DNA from: Anaerolineae bacterium
Lineage (GTDB): Bacteria > Chloroflexota > Anaerolineae > UBA1429
Assembly (NCBI GenBank): GCA_963675785.1
Contig: OY776562.1
Coordinates: 1,472,001-1,536,000, forward strand
Reading direction: 5' to 3'
DNA: 64,000 bases
Made by a program: the position numbers and the translations under genes
In this document: piece by piece, positions 39,231 to 49,103 of the stretch
Layout of the letters: each line of letters starts with the position of its first letter
Position numbering within the stretch: the stretch's first letter is position 1
Notes under the pieces: generated by a model
Seen by the model: the letters and a program-made list of their open reading frames with translations, nothing else
Database searches by the model: none
What the model was told of the DNA's origin: nothing

Positions 39231-40589
39231 TCACAATCGGGCTGGGCTGGGAGCCAGGCGCCCCGGTAGTTCGCCCATACGCTTCACCAACGCTGAGAGC
39301 GAGTGCTCGTAAAAACTGGATAGGCCAAAACGAATCTCGTCGTTGAAGGGATCCACCCAGCGATCCTCGATGCCCTCCAGCCCAAACCACACGCCCAGCA
39401 GAGAACCGGCCGTGGCACCAAAGCTGTCGGTGTCGTTGCCCTGCATCACCTGCAAACACACCCCATGCCCCACATCCGCGGCGTGGTGCAACGTGTTGAT
39501 CAGCGTGCCCACCTCTTGCAGCACCTGGCAGTGGCCGTAATCGCCATAGGCCGCATGAATGGCCATATAGGTTCCCAGCCAGCTTCCCCGGGTTCGCACC
39601 ATTTCCAGGCAGCTAAACACACTCTCGGCAAAGCGGCTGCGCTGAGGGATATACTGGCTGGCGATCTCAAAGGCCTCAATGGGCTGCGAGACGCAGTACA
39701 TGCTGGCAATGGCCGCTGCAATGTACATGGTGGCATAAACCCCGGTACGATTGTGAGTCAGCGAGGCATCGGCAAAGGCCAACTTGGCAGCCAGGTCGGG
39801 CCGACCCGGTGTGGCATAGCCGTAAGCATCGGCGCGAATGGCGGCCCCGCACAGCTCGTCGCCGGGGTTCCACACTGCCGCCCACTCGTCATACACATCC
39901 TCGGAATAATCGTCCCTGTTGTAAGCCAGGCGAGCCAGCGCCATGCGCGCAAAAATCGTGCGCTCGGGGCCAAACACCCAACTCAAGCCCTGATGCTCCT
40001 CCCAGGTGCGCCGCACGCCATCACGAGTCAGATCCAGCCCATAGCGCTCCAGGGCCAACATGCCCAGCACGTCATAGTGCAGGTCATCGTCGGCGGCCAC
40101 GTAATGAATGTGCCCGCGCGTAGTTTCCGCCCACGAGTTGTGCCGCCGCCCCAGCGCCTCCAGAAAATCGACCGTAACGTAATCGTTCAACGGCCACTCG
40201 CCCACGGCTGCGCCAGCGGCTTCCAGCTCAGCCAGGCTGGGAGAAACCTCCAGGGGTTTTCCCAGGATGCAGCCTATCACCGACCCCACAAACCCCGCCT
40301 TGGCCCTTTCCGCAGCTCGACCGAGATCGATTGGCTCTAGCGGCCGGCCCACCAGGCGCATCGGGGCCATCTCGGCTTCCACCTCGTCCCAGCGTATCGG
40401 TTCCACATAGGGCCAATCCGGGCGCAGGGGCAGTTCGGCCAAGCGGTGGGCAAAGGCGTCCAGAACATCGTAACTATCGGGCAACGCCGCCAGCTCTTCT
40501 CGCACCCCCGCCACCTCAACCCCCTGGCGCTCCTTATCGTTAATCGCCTTCCTGAGAATACTACGCAACGTATCGTATTGCAGGAACAT
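39231..40589 (-). CDS. ADP-ribosylglycohydrolase family protein
   Basis: G..IGCILGKPLE, DDDLHY, GAAIRAD, GNDTDSFGATAGS. Confidence 0.88.
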   Translation of the reverse strand: MFLQYDTLRSILRKAINDKERQGVEVAGVREELAALPDSYDVLDAFAHRLAELPLRPDWPYVEPIRWDEVEAEMAPMRLVGRPLEPIDLGRAAERAKAGFVGSVIGCILGKPLEVSPSLAELEAAGAAVGEWPLNDYVTVDFLEALGRRHNSWAETTRGHIHYVAADDDLHYDVLGMLALERYGLDLTRDGVRRTWEEHQGLSWVFGPERTIFARMALARLAYNRDDYSEDVYDEWAAVWNPGDELCGAAIRADAYGYATPGRPDLAAKLAFADASLTHNRTGVYATMYIAAAIASMYCVSQPIEAFEIASQYIPQRSRFAESVFSCLEMVRTRGSWLGTYMAIHAAYGDYGHCQVLQEVGTLINTLHHAADVGHGVCLQVMQGNDTDSFGATAGSLLGVWFGLEGIEDRWVDPFNDEIRFGLSSFYEHSLSALVKRMGELPGRLAPSPARL

Positions 40590-40669
40590 ACTCTCGCTCC
40601 TTGTACTCTAGTTGCAGCGAGCATATCCCAAGCCGCAACACCACGCAAGCCCAAAGCTGTCCAAGTATG

Positions 40670-41245
40670 CCTGCCCGCAGGGCAGATTTTGCTAAGCCTC
40701 TGTCGTGGAGAATCGGTGGCCCGATTCTCCTAAACCGAACCTGCGGTTCGGTCGTTAGCCCTCGGTGCTTGCGCAACGCACACTAGAATCTACACAGCCA
40801 GGGACTGAACGCCGTAGACGGCGTCTGACGTCTCCTGGCTAGGATTAGCGCGTCCTGCGGACGCCTCCGCTCAACACACAGCCTCCGCCAAAGTCGCCTA
40901 TCCTAGGCCCGCACCAGAGGTGCGCCGAGGCGTAGGCGGTCAGACGACCACAAGTCCTAGCCAAAGCAGTACAAAGCCCTGCCCGCAGGGCAGATTTTGC
41001 TAAGCCGAGGGCTTTAGCCCTTGGCCACACGACGAACTAAAAATCTCCGCGCGCACGTCTGTTCTGTCAGCGTGGGGTTTCAACCCCACGCGCCCAGCAG
41101 AACTAAACATCGCAAACGCGCAAGTCCTGGCCAAACATCACCCCATCCTGCCCGCAGGGCAGACCTTGCTGAGCCGAGGGCTTTAGCCCTCGGTTCCCCC
41201 CCCCCACAACACAAAACCCCCGCCCTATAAAGGACGGGGGTTCTT
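40670..41245 (+). repeat. REP/BIME-like mosaic hairpin cluster A
   Basis: Three CCTGCCCGCAGGGCAGA units plus CCGAGGGCTTTAGCCCT(C/T)GG, GCGTGGGGTTTCAACCCCACGC, GGAGAATCGG-n4-CCGATTCTCC and ACCGAACCTGCGGTTCGGT. Confidence 0.85.
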
Positions 41246-41255
41246 TCACCTCACC

Positions 41256-42602
41256 TTACCTGCGCTCACCCAACGGCACATAGTTGCGATGCTTCACCAC
41301 GCTCTTGTAGGCCGGACGCATGATCTTACCGCCGACAATGATCTCCTCCAGACGGTGAGCACACCAGCCGGCCACGCGCGATACAGCGAAAAGCGGCGCA
41401 TAGAGATCCGAAGGAATGCCCAGAATGTCATAGACAAAGCCAGAGAAATAGTCCACATTGGCCGAGATCACCTGATCGGTGTGCTTGACCTCATGAAAGA
41501 CCTCGGGCACAAGGCGCTCTACCAGCAAGTAGAGGTCCATCTCGGCGGTACGCCCCTTTTCAGCAGCAAGCTTGATGGCCATGTCGCACAGCAACACAGC
41601 ACGTGGATCGCTGGCGGTGTAAACGGCGTGGCCGAAACCATAGATGAGCCCGCTCTTATCAAAGGCCTCTCCATTGAGCAGCGCCTTGAGGTAATCACGC
41701 ACGGCGTTCTCGTCAGTCCAATCCTCCACACTGGCCTTGAGATCGGCCATCATGCGCGCTCCCGCTAGTGTAGCACCGCCGTGTCTGGGACCTTTGAGCG
41801 AACAAATGGCTGCGGTAACGGCCGAGTACGTGTCCGTGCCAGTGGTCGAGACCACGTGGGTGGTAAAGGTCGAGTTATTGCCGCCACCATGCTCGGCGTG
41901 AATCATCATCATCACATCGAGGGCATGGGCCTCTAGCGTCGTGTATTCGCTGTTATCCCGCGTCAGGTGCAGCAGGTTCTCGGCATGAGAAAGACAGGGA
42001 TCAATCTGGTGGATGACCAGGCTCTGGCCCAAATAATAGTGGCTCTTCACCTGGTAGCCATAGGACGCCATAACCGGCATGCGCGCGAGCAGAGCAATGC
42101 TCTGGCGCACCACATTCTCGACGCTGTTATCGTCGGCATTGTCATCATAGGCATAGAGAGACAGCACGCTGTGGGCCAGCTTGTTCATCAAGTCGGGGCT
42201 GGGCGTACGCATGATGTTGTCTTCCAGCAGGCTGCCGGGCAGCTCATAGTAAGAGGCCAACAGCTTTCTGAACGCTGTCAATTGATCAACAGTCGGGAGT
42301 TGGCCAAAGAGCAGCAGAAAAGCAATCTCTTCAAAGCCCATACGCCCTTCGGCAAAAGCCGCGGTGACCAGGTCTTCCAGATTATAGCCGCGATAGAGGA
42401 GCCTGCCGGGCACGGGCACGGGCTCGCCTTCGTCAATCACGTAACCGTGCACCTCGCCGATCTCTGTAAGGCCCACGAGCACACCGGCTCCGTTATCGTC
42501 GCGAAGGCCGCGCTTGACCTGGTAGAGCGAATAGAGATCGGGCGCAATCTGGTTGTTCTGCCTCACCAATGTAGACAGCTCTTGCATAAAATCAGTCGTC
42601 AT
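41256..42602 (-). CDS. gltA: Citrate (or 2-methylcitrate) synthase, copy 1
   Basis: LLYRGY, HAEHGGGNNSTFT, GPRHGGA, GFGHAVY..DPR, NVDYFSG, RVAGWCAH. Confidence 0.9.
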   Translation of the reverse strand: MTTDFMQELSTLVRQNNQIAPDLYSLYQVKRGLRDDNGAGVLVGLTEIGEVHGYVIDEGEPVPVPGRLLYRGYNLEDLVTAAFAEGRMGFEEIAFLLLFGQLPTVDQLTAFRKLLASYYELPGSLLEDNIMRTPSPDLMNKLAHSVLSLYAYDDNADDNSVENVVRQSIALLARMPVMASYGYQVKSHYYLGQSLVIHQIDPCLSHAENLLHLTRDNSEYTTLEAHALDVMMMIHAEHGGGNNSTFTTHVVSTTGTDTYSAVTAAICSLKGPRHGGATLAGARMMADLKASVEDWTDENAVRDYLKALLNGEAFDKSGLIYGFGHAVYTASDPRAVLLCDMAIKLAAEKGRTAEMDLYLLVERLVPEVFHEVKHTDQVISANVDYFSGFVYDILGIPSDLYAPLFAVSRVAGWCAHRLEEIIVGGKIMRPAYKSVVKHRNYVPLGERR

Positions 42603-43007
42603 GTGGTCATCCTTACTTGATAGTACGTGTGATTACTCGGCTCAAGCTCAGCGAGCAAGAGGGGGGTGATGGTGCAAGTTTCGCGGGATCGTGGTCGTAC
42701 AAAAGAGGGTAACTTTTCTAGTATACAATAAAAAGGAGACTTTCGCAAAGACTGTTATCTCGCCAAGTATAGCATACTGTTAAATTTAGCAGTCAGACAA
42801 TAAAAAAAATAGATTCGACACCCCAAAGAAATGCATACTGCTGAGATCGCCACAGAAACAAGCCGTGATTGCCAAGATCAAAAGTGTAGCGGAAAATCTA
42901 GCACAGTACACTTGAAAAACTATCATATTCGAGTTATCATCAACCATAGAACATAGAAATTGAAAACGGAGTATAATTGAGTCAAGATTAGAGAAAGAAG
43001 GACAGCG

Positions 43008-44177
43008 ATGTCTGGGCATGTATTACGGCGCCGGAGCAGCCTTCTTGCATTAGCACTGGCCGTCTGCCTTGTCTTGACAGCCTGCCAGACCCCCACACTT
43101 GCCACAACCACCCCACCACCCGACGCGAGTTCCACCCCAACAAGCGCACCAACGCCAACAGTGATGCCATCAAGTAACGCCGAACCTCTCCTCACCCAAG
43201 GCCTGCCCGTGCTGTACGTTCGCGATGGCGACCTGTGGTGCTCTGACCTGAGCGGCACAGAAACCCTGCAGCTCACCCAGGATGACGCCCTCAACATTAT
43301 GGAGCCCGCCCCCATAGAAGGCGCAGTCGGGGCCCTGAACGCCTACTATCGTCCCAATCTCTCGCCCGATGGCCGCTGGATCGCCTTTTATCACCATTCC
43401 AATTACGGCTTTCTCACCATCGCCCTGCCCCTGGCAGAGGATGAAACCCGCCAGCTCATCGATAACACCTGCTACGGCGTCTGGTCTCCCGATGCCACCC
43501 GCCTGGCTTATGCCCCCAATATGCAAATGACCCAAAACCTGAACCGTACGCCCGTGGTTTGCGTCTACGATGTGACCACGCGCACGCGCAAAACTTATTA
43601 CCCGCCAGAAGGTCAGGATTGGAGCGACCTTGGCAGCAGCCACAGCGCCATTCTCTGGGCAGCCGACGGCCAGTCGATCACCTTTAGGTGTCGGGCGGAG
43701 GCCAGTAGCGCCGCAGAGGATCAGTACGAAACGGATGTGGTGCGCTTGGATCTATCGAGCGGCCTGAGCGAAATCGTCGGCCATGCCACCTGGGTTTCAG
43801 AGAATCAAGCGGTGTTTTGCTTGGATAGAGCCGGCGAATTCACCACCGATGCCGCCCTGGCCGCAACCTGTTCGACGGATGAGGAGAGCCCTTACACGCC
43901 CGCCGATGGCCGTCAGGTAAGCATCACCACCCTTGCCGGCACCGCAGGTTCGATCATCACCATGCGAGACGCCGAGGGCGTCGTACTTTGGGTCAACGAG
44001 ACCGGGATCACCGTGAACAAGGTGCTGTGGTCGCCCAATGACGCCTGGTTGCTGCTCGATGACGATACGGACATGGATACGCCCATCTGGCGCTTGTCCG
44101 CCGATGGCAGCGGTGAGCCGGAACAGATCGTGGCCGAGGGCTATTTATACGCAGTGGTGCCCGCCTGGGCTGAGTGA
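43008..44177 (+). CDS. TolB/PD40-like beta-propeller lipoprotein
   Basis: Lipobox LTAC, PT linker, SPDGRWIAF / WSPD repeats. Confidence 0.82.
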   Translation: MSGHVLRRRSSLLALALAVCLVLTACQTPTLATTTPPPDASSTPTSAPTPTVMPSSNAEPLLTQGLPVLYVRDGDLWCSDLSGTETLQLTQDDALNIMEPAPIEGAVGALNAYYRPNLSPDGRWIAFYHHSNYGFLTIALPLAEDETRQLIDNTCYGVWSPDATRLAYAPNMQMTQNLNRTPVVCVYDVTTRTRKTYYPPEGQDWSDLGSSHSAILWAADGQSITFRCRAEASSAAEDQYETDVVRLDLSSGLSEIVGHATWVSENQAVFCLDRAGEFTTDAALAATCSTDEESPYTPADGRQVSITTLAGTAGSIITMRDAEGVVLWVNETGITVNKVLWSPNDAWLLLDDDTDMDTPIWRLSADGSGEPEQIVAEGYLYAVVPAWAE

Positions 44178-44210
44178 CGGGCCCAAAAGATAGCTAAAAC
44201 AAAAAAGAGG

Positions 44211-44285
44211 CGGCGAGGGTTTAAACCCTTGCTGCCAAAAATGCTGCTAAAGGTCAGCGTGGGGTTTCAACCCCACGCACCTGCA
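44211..44285 (+). repeat. REP-like hairpin pair B
   Basis: GGCGAGGGTTTAAACCCTTGCT and GTCAGCGTGGGGTTTCAACCCCACGC. Confidence 0.8.
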
Positions 44286-44382
44286 CGGCTCTCGCACAAC
44301 GCAAGTCCGCATCAGATATTTGCAATAACACCCTTGTACCAGGCGCCTTTCAAGGATTATTGAACAGCGAAAGAGGGAGATT

Positions 44383-46527
44383 ATGTCACTCAAAAAATGC
44401 TATTCGGCGCGCTTGCGCAGAACTCTAGCATGTATCCTCTGTAGTCTGCTGCTGAGCGCCTGCCAGCAAACCGTAACCGTTACGCCCATCCCAATAAAAG
44501 CTCTGACCAGCGAGCCAACAGCCACAACCGCAGTTGAGGCGACGAATACCCCTTCACCTACAGCCACTGCTGAGGTCGCCACAGCGACACCCGCCAGCAC
44601 CAGCGAAACACTCGTCACCGCCAGCAGACCCCTGCTGTATGCCAGTGGTGGCGACCTCTGGTGCAGCGATATGTCCGGTGAAAACCGACTGCAGCTCACT
44701 CATGATGACGCCCTCAACCTGGTCGCGCCGCCGCCGTCAAGTGGTGTAGATGTCGCCCTGAGCTGGGGCTGTGCACCGACCGTCTCCCCCGATGGCCGCT
44801 GGCTCACCTATTCTCTCCAATCAAGCTGGATGCGAACCCTAATGGTGATGTCGTTGGAGGACGGCAGCCTGCAGGAAGTGGATAACACCTGCTACGGCAT
44901 CTGGTCACCCGATTCCACCCGTCTGGCTTATGCAGCCAACCTGGATTCGCCCGCCAACGAGGGTCTGGAGCCAGTCCTTTACGTCTATAACGTCCTCACC
45001 CAAGAGCGCATCACCTACTATCCGCCGGATGACGAGAATACCTGGGAATTCGCTTCCGCTATTCTCTGGGCACCCGATGGCAATTCCCTGGCCTTTCGGG
45101 GCACATCGGAAATCATCTATAAGGATGGTGAATACACTGGCGAAGGACTGTGCAACGTCATCAAACTGGACCTGCTGACGGGAGAGAGCACAGTTGTAGG
45201 CACTGTGTGGACGGCGATCGCCAGCAGCCAAACCTTCTGCTTGGATAGCGAGGGTAACTTCACCACCGATAGAGAACTCGGCGTGGTCTGCTCGAGAACC
45301 TATACCAGCTATACCTCTCCCAACGGCCTGTGGACCTATAACATTTCCACAGAAGCCTCAAATTCTACGGTCAGTATGCTCGACGCTGAGGGTGATCTAA
45401 TCTGGAAGCGTGCTCTTGATTTTAGCATCTCGCCTGACAGAATTCACTGGTCTCTTGATGGAACATACTTGCTAATCGATGACTATAACATGACCACGCC
45501 CATCTGGCGCCTGGCCGCCGATGGCAGTGGCGAGTTGGAACAAATCATCGAAGAAGGCTATCTGCTCCAAGTCGTCTCCCCGTGGGATACAGTGGCCCCA
45601 ACCGACGAAACCGAAAACACGCTCGCACCGCCCACAGCCGCACCCGCCAGCGCCAGCCAAGCACTCATCACCAGTGGCTTGCCCGTGCTCTATGTCGATG
45701 GCGGCGATCTGTGGTGCACTGACATCTCTGGCACAAAGACGCTACAGCTCACTCAAGAGGACGCGCTCAATCTGGTAGCGCCACCTCCCGCGGGAAGCAG
45801 CGTAAGTGGAATACTCTCCTCTGATTGCGGCCCCAACGTCTCTCCCGACGGCCGCTGGATCGCTTATTATCCCTACTCGGAATGGATGCCAACTTTGATG
45901 GTCTTGTCGCTAGAGGACGGCAGCGTGCAGGAAGTGGATAACACCTGCTACGGCCTCTGGTCGCCCGATTCCACTCGCCTGGCTTACGCCCCCAGCTTGG
46001 ACGCCCCCTGGAACGAAGAACTAGAGCCCGTGGTGTACGTCTACAACGTCCTCACCCAAGAACGAACCGCCTATTACCCACCGGATGACGAGAATACTTG
46101 GACTTATGCATACCGCATCCTCTGGACACCCGATGGTCAATCGTTAGCTTTTCGGGGAACTACGGGGCCAGAGCAAATAGATACAGAGTCTGGTATCGAG
46201 TATTACATGTGTAACGTCATCAAGCTGGATTTGCAGATGGGTGCAAGCACAGTAGTAGGGGCTGTGCGAACGAGTATAGCCAGTGAGCAAGCTTTCTGCC
46301 TGGATAGCGAGGGCAATTTCACCACCGATATAGACAGCGGCGTGGTCTGCTCCAAACATTACACCCCGCAAGAGGCGACAACCTCTCCCGATGGCCGTTA
46401 CGTGCTGGTGGATGATACCGACATGACCACCCCCATCTGGCGGCAGGCTGCCGATGGCAGCGGTGAGCGGGAGGTCGTGGTAGATGAGGGCTATCTGCTC
46501 CAAGTCGTCTCCGCCTGGGCAGAATGA
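44383..46527 (+). CDS. TolB/PD40-like lipoprotein with an internally duplicated propeller domain
   Basis: Lipobox LSAC; two copies of the GDLWC..LQLT.DDALNL..SPDGRW..EVDNTCYG.WSPD..FCLDSEGNFTTD unit. Confidence 0.85.
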   Translation: MSLKKCYSARLRRTLACILCSLLLSACQQTVTVTPIPIKALTSEPTATTAVEATNTPSPTATAEVATATPASTSETLVTASRPLLYASGGDLWCSDMSGENRLQLTHDDALNLVAPPPSSGVDVALSWGCAPTVSPDGRWLTYSLQSSWMRTLMVMSLEDGSLQEVDNTCYGIWSPDSTRLAYAANLDSPANEGLEPVLYVYNVLTQERITYYPPDDENTWEFASAILWAPDGNSLAFRGTSEIIYKDGEYTGEGLCNVIKLDLLTGESTVVGTVWTAIASSQTFCLDSEGNFTTDRELGVVCSRTYTSYTSPNGLWTYNISTEASNSTVSMLDAEGDLIWKRALDFSISPDRIHWSLDGTYLLIDDYNMTTPIWRLAADGSGELEQIIEEGYLLQVVSPWDTVAPTDETENTLAPPTAAPASASQALITSGLPVLYVDGGDLWCTDISGTKTLQLTQEDALNLVAPPPAGSSVSGILSSDCGPNVSPDGRWIAYYPYSEWMPTLMVLSLEDGSVQEVDNTCYGLWSPDSTRLAYAPSLDAPWNEELEPVVYVYNVLTQERTAYYPPDDENTWTYAYRILWTPDGQSLAFRGTTGPEQIDTESGIEYYMCNVIKLDLQMGASTVVGAVRTSIASEQAFCLDSEGNFTTDIDSGVVCSKHYTPQEATTSPDGRYVLVDDTDMTTPIWRQAADGSGEREVVVDEGYLLQVVSAWAE

Positions 46528-46540
46528 GCAAACTCGTCCC

Positions 46541-46590
46541 CTTCCCGCAGCGCAGATATTACCGAGCCGAGGGGCTTTTAGACCCCGGAT
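46541..46590 (+). repeat. Degenerate REP-like unit C
   Basis: CTTCCCGCAGCGCAGATATTACCGAGCCGAGGGGCTTTTAGACCCCGG resembles cluster A modules. Confidence 0.6.
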
Positions 46591-46711
46591 TTTGCCCCAG
46601 GCTTTGTACTAATCCTATTGTCCGCTTGTACGCTCTCGAGTAAGGAGTGCGAACAAAAGTATAACAAATGAGAACTCTTATCCTCGAAAAAGTGGAGGGG
46701 GTTACAGAATC

Positions 46712-47239
46712 ATGAAAAGATGGATTTTACTTCTCATGTTAGTGGTGTTTCTGATGCCTTCCCTATCGGCTTGTTCAAAGGATACAACTGTCGGACGGGA
46801 TAGGAACCTGCAATTGGAGTTAGTGTGCTCCCAGTCTGTCTATGATTCGAATGAACCGATAGATTGCACAGCGATTTTATCCTATATAGGTGAAGAGGAT
46901 TCTCTTGATTTTTACACAGGTGATCCTGCTGTAATGTTTGCAATAGGTGGTGGTCAATATTTCAATGGGCAGAGGGATTTACTACAGAGACACTCACTTA
47001 ATCAACATACAATTGAGAAAGACCATCCTATAGAGTACCCCTTTATAAAGTATATGGGAACACACTCGAATAAAGATCAAGATGCTGTTGATTTCTGGAA
47101 CGAGTTCCTTGCAAAAGATGAATTTCTGTTAGAGCCTGGAGATTACGAAATATTTGCGGCAATTTCGTACATGTTAACTCCTGGTACTGGTGATACCTCT
47201 TCTACCATCATTGTTAGCAAGACGATTACTGTGGAATAA
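46712..47239 (+). CDS. Lipoprotein, tandem copy 1
   Basis: Lipobox LSAC; GGAGG RBS. Confidence 0.85.
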   Translation: MKRWILLLMLVVFLMPSLSACSKDTTVGRDRNLQLELVCSQSVYDSNEPIDCTAILSYIGEEDSLDFYTGDPAVMFAIGGGQYFNGQRDLLQRHSLNQHTIEKDHPIEYPFIKYMGTHSNKDQDAVDFWNEFLAKDEFLLEPGDYEIFAAISYMLTPGTGDTSSTIIVSKTITVE

Positions 47240-47442
47240 CAGAAAAGTAACATCATGTTTCGTTTTTACAGCAATCAGCACAGCCTTATACAAACTCGAT
47301 TCTGGTGTGGCCCCAGTTGTAGAGAGACTGAATCAAAATCATCCATGTGGCAAAGTCCGCTTGTGCGCTCTCAAGGAGTGCGGACAAAAAGTATAACGAC
47401 GAGAACTCTTATCCTCGGAAAAGTGGAGGGGGTTACAGAATC

Positions 47443-47958
47443 ATGAAAAGATGGATTTTACTTCTCATGTTAGTGGTGTTTATGATGCCTTCCTTATCGG
47501 CTTGTTCAAAGGATACGAGACGGGATAGAAACCTGCAATTGGAGTTAGTGTGCTCCCAGTCTGTATATGATTCGAATGAACCGATAGATTGCACAGCGAT
47601 TTTATCCTATATAGGTGAAGAGGATTCTTTTGATTTTTACACAGGTGATCCTGCTATGATGTTTGCAATAGGTGGTGGTCAATATTTCAATGGGCAGAGT
47701 GATTTACTACAGCTAGACGTATTTAATCACTTTACCATTGAGAAAGACCATCCTATAGAGTTCCCTTTTGTAAAATACATGGGATTCCACTTGGGTAGAG
47801 ATCAAGATGCTGTTGATTTCTGGAACGAGTTCCTTGCAAAAGATGAATTTCTGTTAGAGCCTGGAGATTATGAAATCTTTGCGGCAGTTTGGTATGTCTT
47901 AACTCCTGGTGACAAAAGTTCTATCATCACTGTTAGCAAGACGATTACTGTGGAATAA
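47443..47958 (+). CDS. Lipoprotein, tandem copy 2
   Basis: Near-identical to 46712..47239, including about 90 bp of upstream sequence; true start MKRW at 47443. Confidence 0.85.
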   Translation: MKRWILLLMLVVFMMPSLSACSKDTRRDRNLQLELVCSQSVYDSNEPIDCTAILSYIGEEDSFDFYTGDPAMMFAIGGGQYFNGQSDLLQLDVFNHFTIEKDHPIEFPFVKYMGFHLGRDQDAVDFWNEFLAKDEFLLEPGDYEIFAAVWYVLTPGDKSSIITVSKTITVE

Positions 47959-48131
47959 AAGCCGTATATTCTACATTTGAATGCTTTCCCCCGCTCTCCC
48001 TCCTGCCTGTAGGGCAGATTTTACTGAGCCAAGAATCGCAGGAATGACCGTGAAGGCATTCCGTTGATTCTCCAACAATAAAAATCCCCGCCCCCAACGG
48101 GGGCAGGGATCGTCTCTCCAAAAGCTGCTCT

Positions 48132-48503
48132 TTACTTGCAAACAGCGACCACTTCCACTTCGCAGCGAAAACCGAGCGGCAAATCCTTGACCGCAATACA
48201 GCTGCGAGCCGGTTTCCCTGTAAAATATCGCTGATAGATCGCATTAAACGCGGCAAAGTCATTCATATCAGCCAGAAAACAAGTCGTTTTGACCACATCC
48301 GTAAACTGAACGCCGGCCTCCGCTAATATGGCCGCAATGTTTTTCATGGTCTGCTCTGCCTGGGCTTCCAATCCCGAAAGCACTCGACCGTCGGCGGGAT
48401 CGATACCCCCCTGTCCGGATAGGAACAGAAAGCCATTGGCTTTGATCGCCTGCGAATACGGCCCCACTGCCTTTGGCGCGTTGCTCGTGCTGATTACTTC
48501 CAT
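48132..48503 (-). CDS. ridA: RidA/YjgF family enamine deaminase
   Basis: APKAVGPYSQA, SGQ, DVVKTTCFL.DMNDF, PARSC..LP..EVE. Confidence 0.92.
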   Translation of the reverse strand: MEVISTSNAPKAVGPYSQAIKANGFLFLSGQGGIDPADGRVLSGLEAQAEQTMKNIAAILAEAGVQFTDVVKTTCFLADMNDFAAFNAIYQRYFTGKPARSCIAVKDLPLGFRCEVEVVAVCK

Positions 48504-48683
48504 GTGTAACTCCCTTTAAGTAAACCGACGCAATGCATTTTACTCTATCCAATATATCGTCCAGTGCTATGTTACAGCAAAAAAAGTATTGCCCACAATT
48601 CTGCAATCGTCAAGCCCTATCGCCCAGCAAAAGATCTACGCCCAAACCGCAGAAAACGCTCAACCTAGTCTCAACCACACCAA

Positions 48684-49076
48684 CCCTGCCCTCAGGGCAG
48701 ATTTTGCTGAGCCTCTGCCGTGGAGAATCGAGTCACCAATTCACCTAAACCGAACCTGCGGTTCGGTCATTACTCCTCGGCCACACGACCAACTAAAAAC
48801 CTCCGCGCGCGCCTTTTCTCTGTCAGCGTGGGGTTTTAACCCCACGCGCCTAGCGGTCGGAACGACTGCAAAACTTGACCCCACTCGCACTCCCTAGCCT
48901 CCGACCATAGATCGGAGGGTTCGCAAACCTAGCATTAGGGTTTAGCCTAATGCGCTGCATGGACACACCTCACGCGCCACACATGCCTCCGTAGATTGTA
49001 CCTAACCTAGGCCGAAAACAACATTCAACCCTGCCCGCAGGGCAGATCTTGCTGAGCCGAGGGCTTTAGCCCTCGG
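48684..49076 (+). repeat. REP/BIME-like mosaic hairpin cluster E
   Basis: Same modules in the same order as cluster A, plus a CTCCCTAGCCTCCGA...GGTTCGCAAACCTAGCA module. Confidence 0.85.
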
Positions 49077-49103
49077 TACTTTCCCCCACCACACACACCA
49101 ACC

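Noticed and set aside
46712-47958. Diversity-generating retroelement TR/VR pair
   Set aside because: Mismatches between the copies are not adenine-specific, and there is no reverse transcriptase in the window.
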